From Eledone cirrhosa (Eukaryota), in contig OZ024741.1 in NCBI GenBank assembly GCA_964016885.1, forward strand, positions 147,808,001 to 147,872,000: a DNA stretch of 64,000 nt, read 5' to 3'. Positions 62,605-64,000 of the stretch are shown one piece after another. Under the pieces are notes generated by a model that made no database searches, had not been told where the DNA came from, and saw only the letters and a list, made by a program, of their open reading frames with translations. A program made the position numbers and the translations under genes. Each line of letters begins with the position of its first letter. The first letter of the stretch is position 1.

Positions 62605-64000
62605 GTAGACCTCTCAAGAGATAGAAGGTACAAATTCGAGAGGACACAGGTATACCGCTGCTCATACTGAAAAAGATCGTTCTGGACAGGAAGAAGAGGA
62701 AGGTTTTATGGATCTCATCGGGATTATGCAATTGAGTTGAGATGAGATGAGTTTAGTCAAACACGGAGAACACTTCCATTTATATATATAGATAATTCTT
62801 CATATAAATTGTTTATCAAAAAAACATCAGGATTATCAATATGAAATTAGAAGGCATGATAAACAAAAATTCAGAATTTAAGTTTTAGCCTCAAATGGGG
62901 TTGTATACAATAATCAAAGTATTAAAAATAATTTAATTTACCTTTCTTTTATTTTTGTTATCAACATAATCATAATTTACATCGTGAAAAATATACCTGT
63001 AAAATTTTATTTTAAAAAATGCGTTAACAAAATTATGAGTAAACCAAGTCTCAGTTGAGGGACAAAACAATAGTTATACCGGTCGCTTAACACACGATCC
63101 ATGGCTTAGACTTTAAGGCTGCTCCCCAGAGGGATGTACCGCATTTACAGAAACATCTCCCACCGTGTCGGATGGCGTAGGTCAATTAATGAACCAAACT
63201 ATAGCAACATTATGGGATGTAAGGCATTTAATGCGCATTCTAAAGCATTCATAAAAACTAGCTGGTCCCTTGGAAATTCCACGGTTGTTGAAAACTAGAG
63301 CGCAATAATTACTGATATATATTTTTTTATTTCATCACAATCATAATTTATACCATTAATTTAATAGTAATTTTTATACAGTGATTTCAGTGGTAGTTTT
63401 TTCCTCTTTCTTTCCCTTGTTTATTGGTATTAACTACACTATCAAAAACATCAGTTAATTTCCTAGCTGGGAGAAGGCAACAAGAGTGTTTATTTCAGTT
63501 CTTCAGGTGATTCATACTGTATCATTTGCTACCTGTTGAATCGATTACTGTTCTTCCAGCAATCTAGAAAGTGGATGGCTGCGGTAGTGAAATGTACTGC
63601 AACTGCATTTTTCTGCCCAAAATCATGGCGTCGTGCTTATGGCTCCTTCTGTACGAAGCATATCTTTCGTAATCGCCAAATATACTTTAGTTAGATCAGC
63701 ATAGTTAAGAATTATGAACATTTGTATTTATTTTCATTAATTCGATATATTATTGATCACATAGGCGTACAGTCTACGAAATATACTCAGAACTTCAATA
63801 CGAAACTTATAATTAAAAATTCCATAAATAAATGGGTTTACAGCACAATTAAGGTAAAAAGAATACATTAAGAACCTATGAAGTACAATATCTTCAATTG
63901 TGTTGGTGTCATAGAAATTAGTTTCGAACATCCTCCAATATATTGCGGTAAATAGATGTGGTAAATAATTTATAATCCAGATCAAAGTGATGGAGAAGAA
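62603..64000. repeat. Inverted duplicate of the GPCR3 3' end and flank (about 39495-40937)
   Basis: Collinear reverse-complement match, e.g. ORF 62480-62731 (-) against 40766-41218 (+). Confidence 0.93.
63737..64000 (-). CDS. GPCR4: 3' end (TM6-TM7) of a GPCR3 paralog, runs off the window
   Basis: WIINYLPHLFTAI...NCAVNPFIYGIFN. Whether the 5' part is intact cannot be seen. Confidence 0.85.
   Translation of the reverse strand, partial: FFSITLIWIINYLPHLFTAIYWRMFETNFYDTNTIEDIVLHRFLMYSFYLNCAVNPFIYGIFNYKFRIEVLSIFRRLYAYVINNISN

Overview
Eukaryotic, AT-rich, repeat-dense DNA, most likely from an octopus or other coleoid cephalopod. This is inferred from the tRNA-derived SINEs, the RTE, Penelope and CRE retroelements and the long (TA)n tracts; no database was consulted. 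The only host genes are a cluster of intronless class A (rhodopsin-like) GPCRs: a pseudogene (7195-8416, +), two intact ORFs (28358-29356 and 38659-39738, +) and the 3' end of a fourth on the minus strand at the right edge. The rest is decayed or nested mobile DNA: a Tx1/L1-type LINE, RTE LINEs, CRE-type RLE retroelements, Penelope-like elements, Helitron pieces, a MITE, SINEs and a tandem non-coding LTR element. Main observations: (1) the GPCR cluster is built from nested inverted duplications, including a ~28 kb imperfect palindrome centred on GPCR2, with fold-back hairpins at smaller scales; (2) type I hammerhead ribozyme motifs with long stem II extensions, in or beside Penelope terminal repeats; (3) a three-LTR non-autonomous retroelement whose tRNA-Trp primer-binding site runs past the canonical 18 nt with a single mismatch at tRNA position 58 (m1A58); (4) a decayed 23-aa (STPR-like) repeat ORF. 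Repeat boundaries were read by eye and are approximate unless a motif is quoted.
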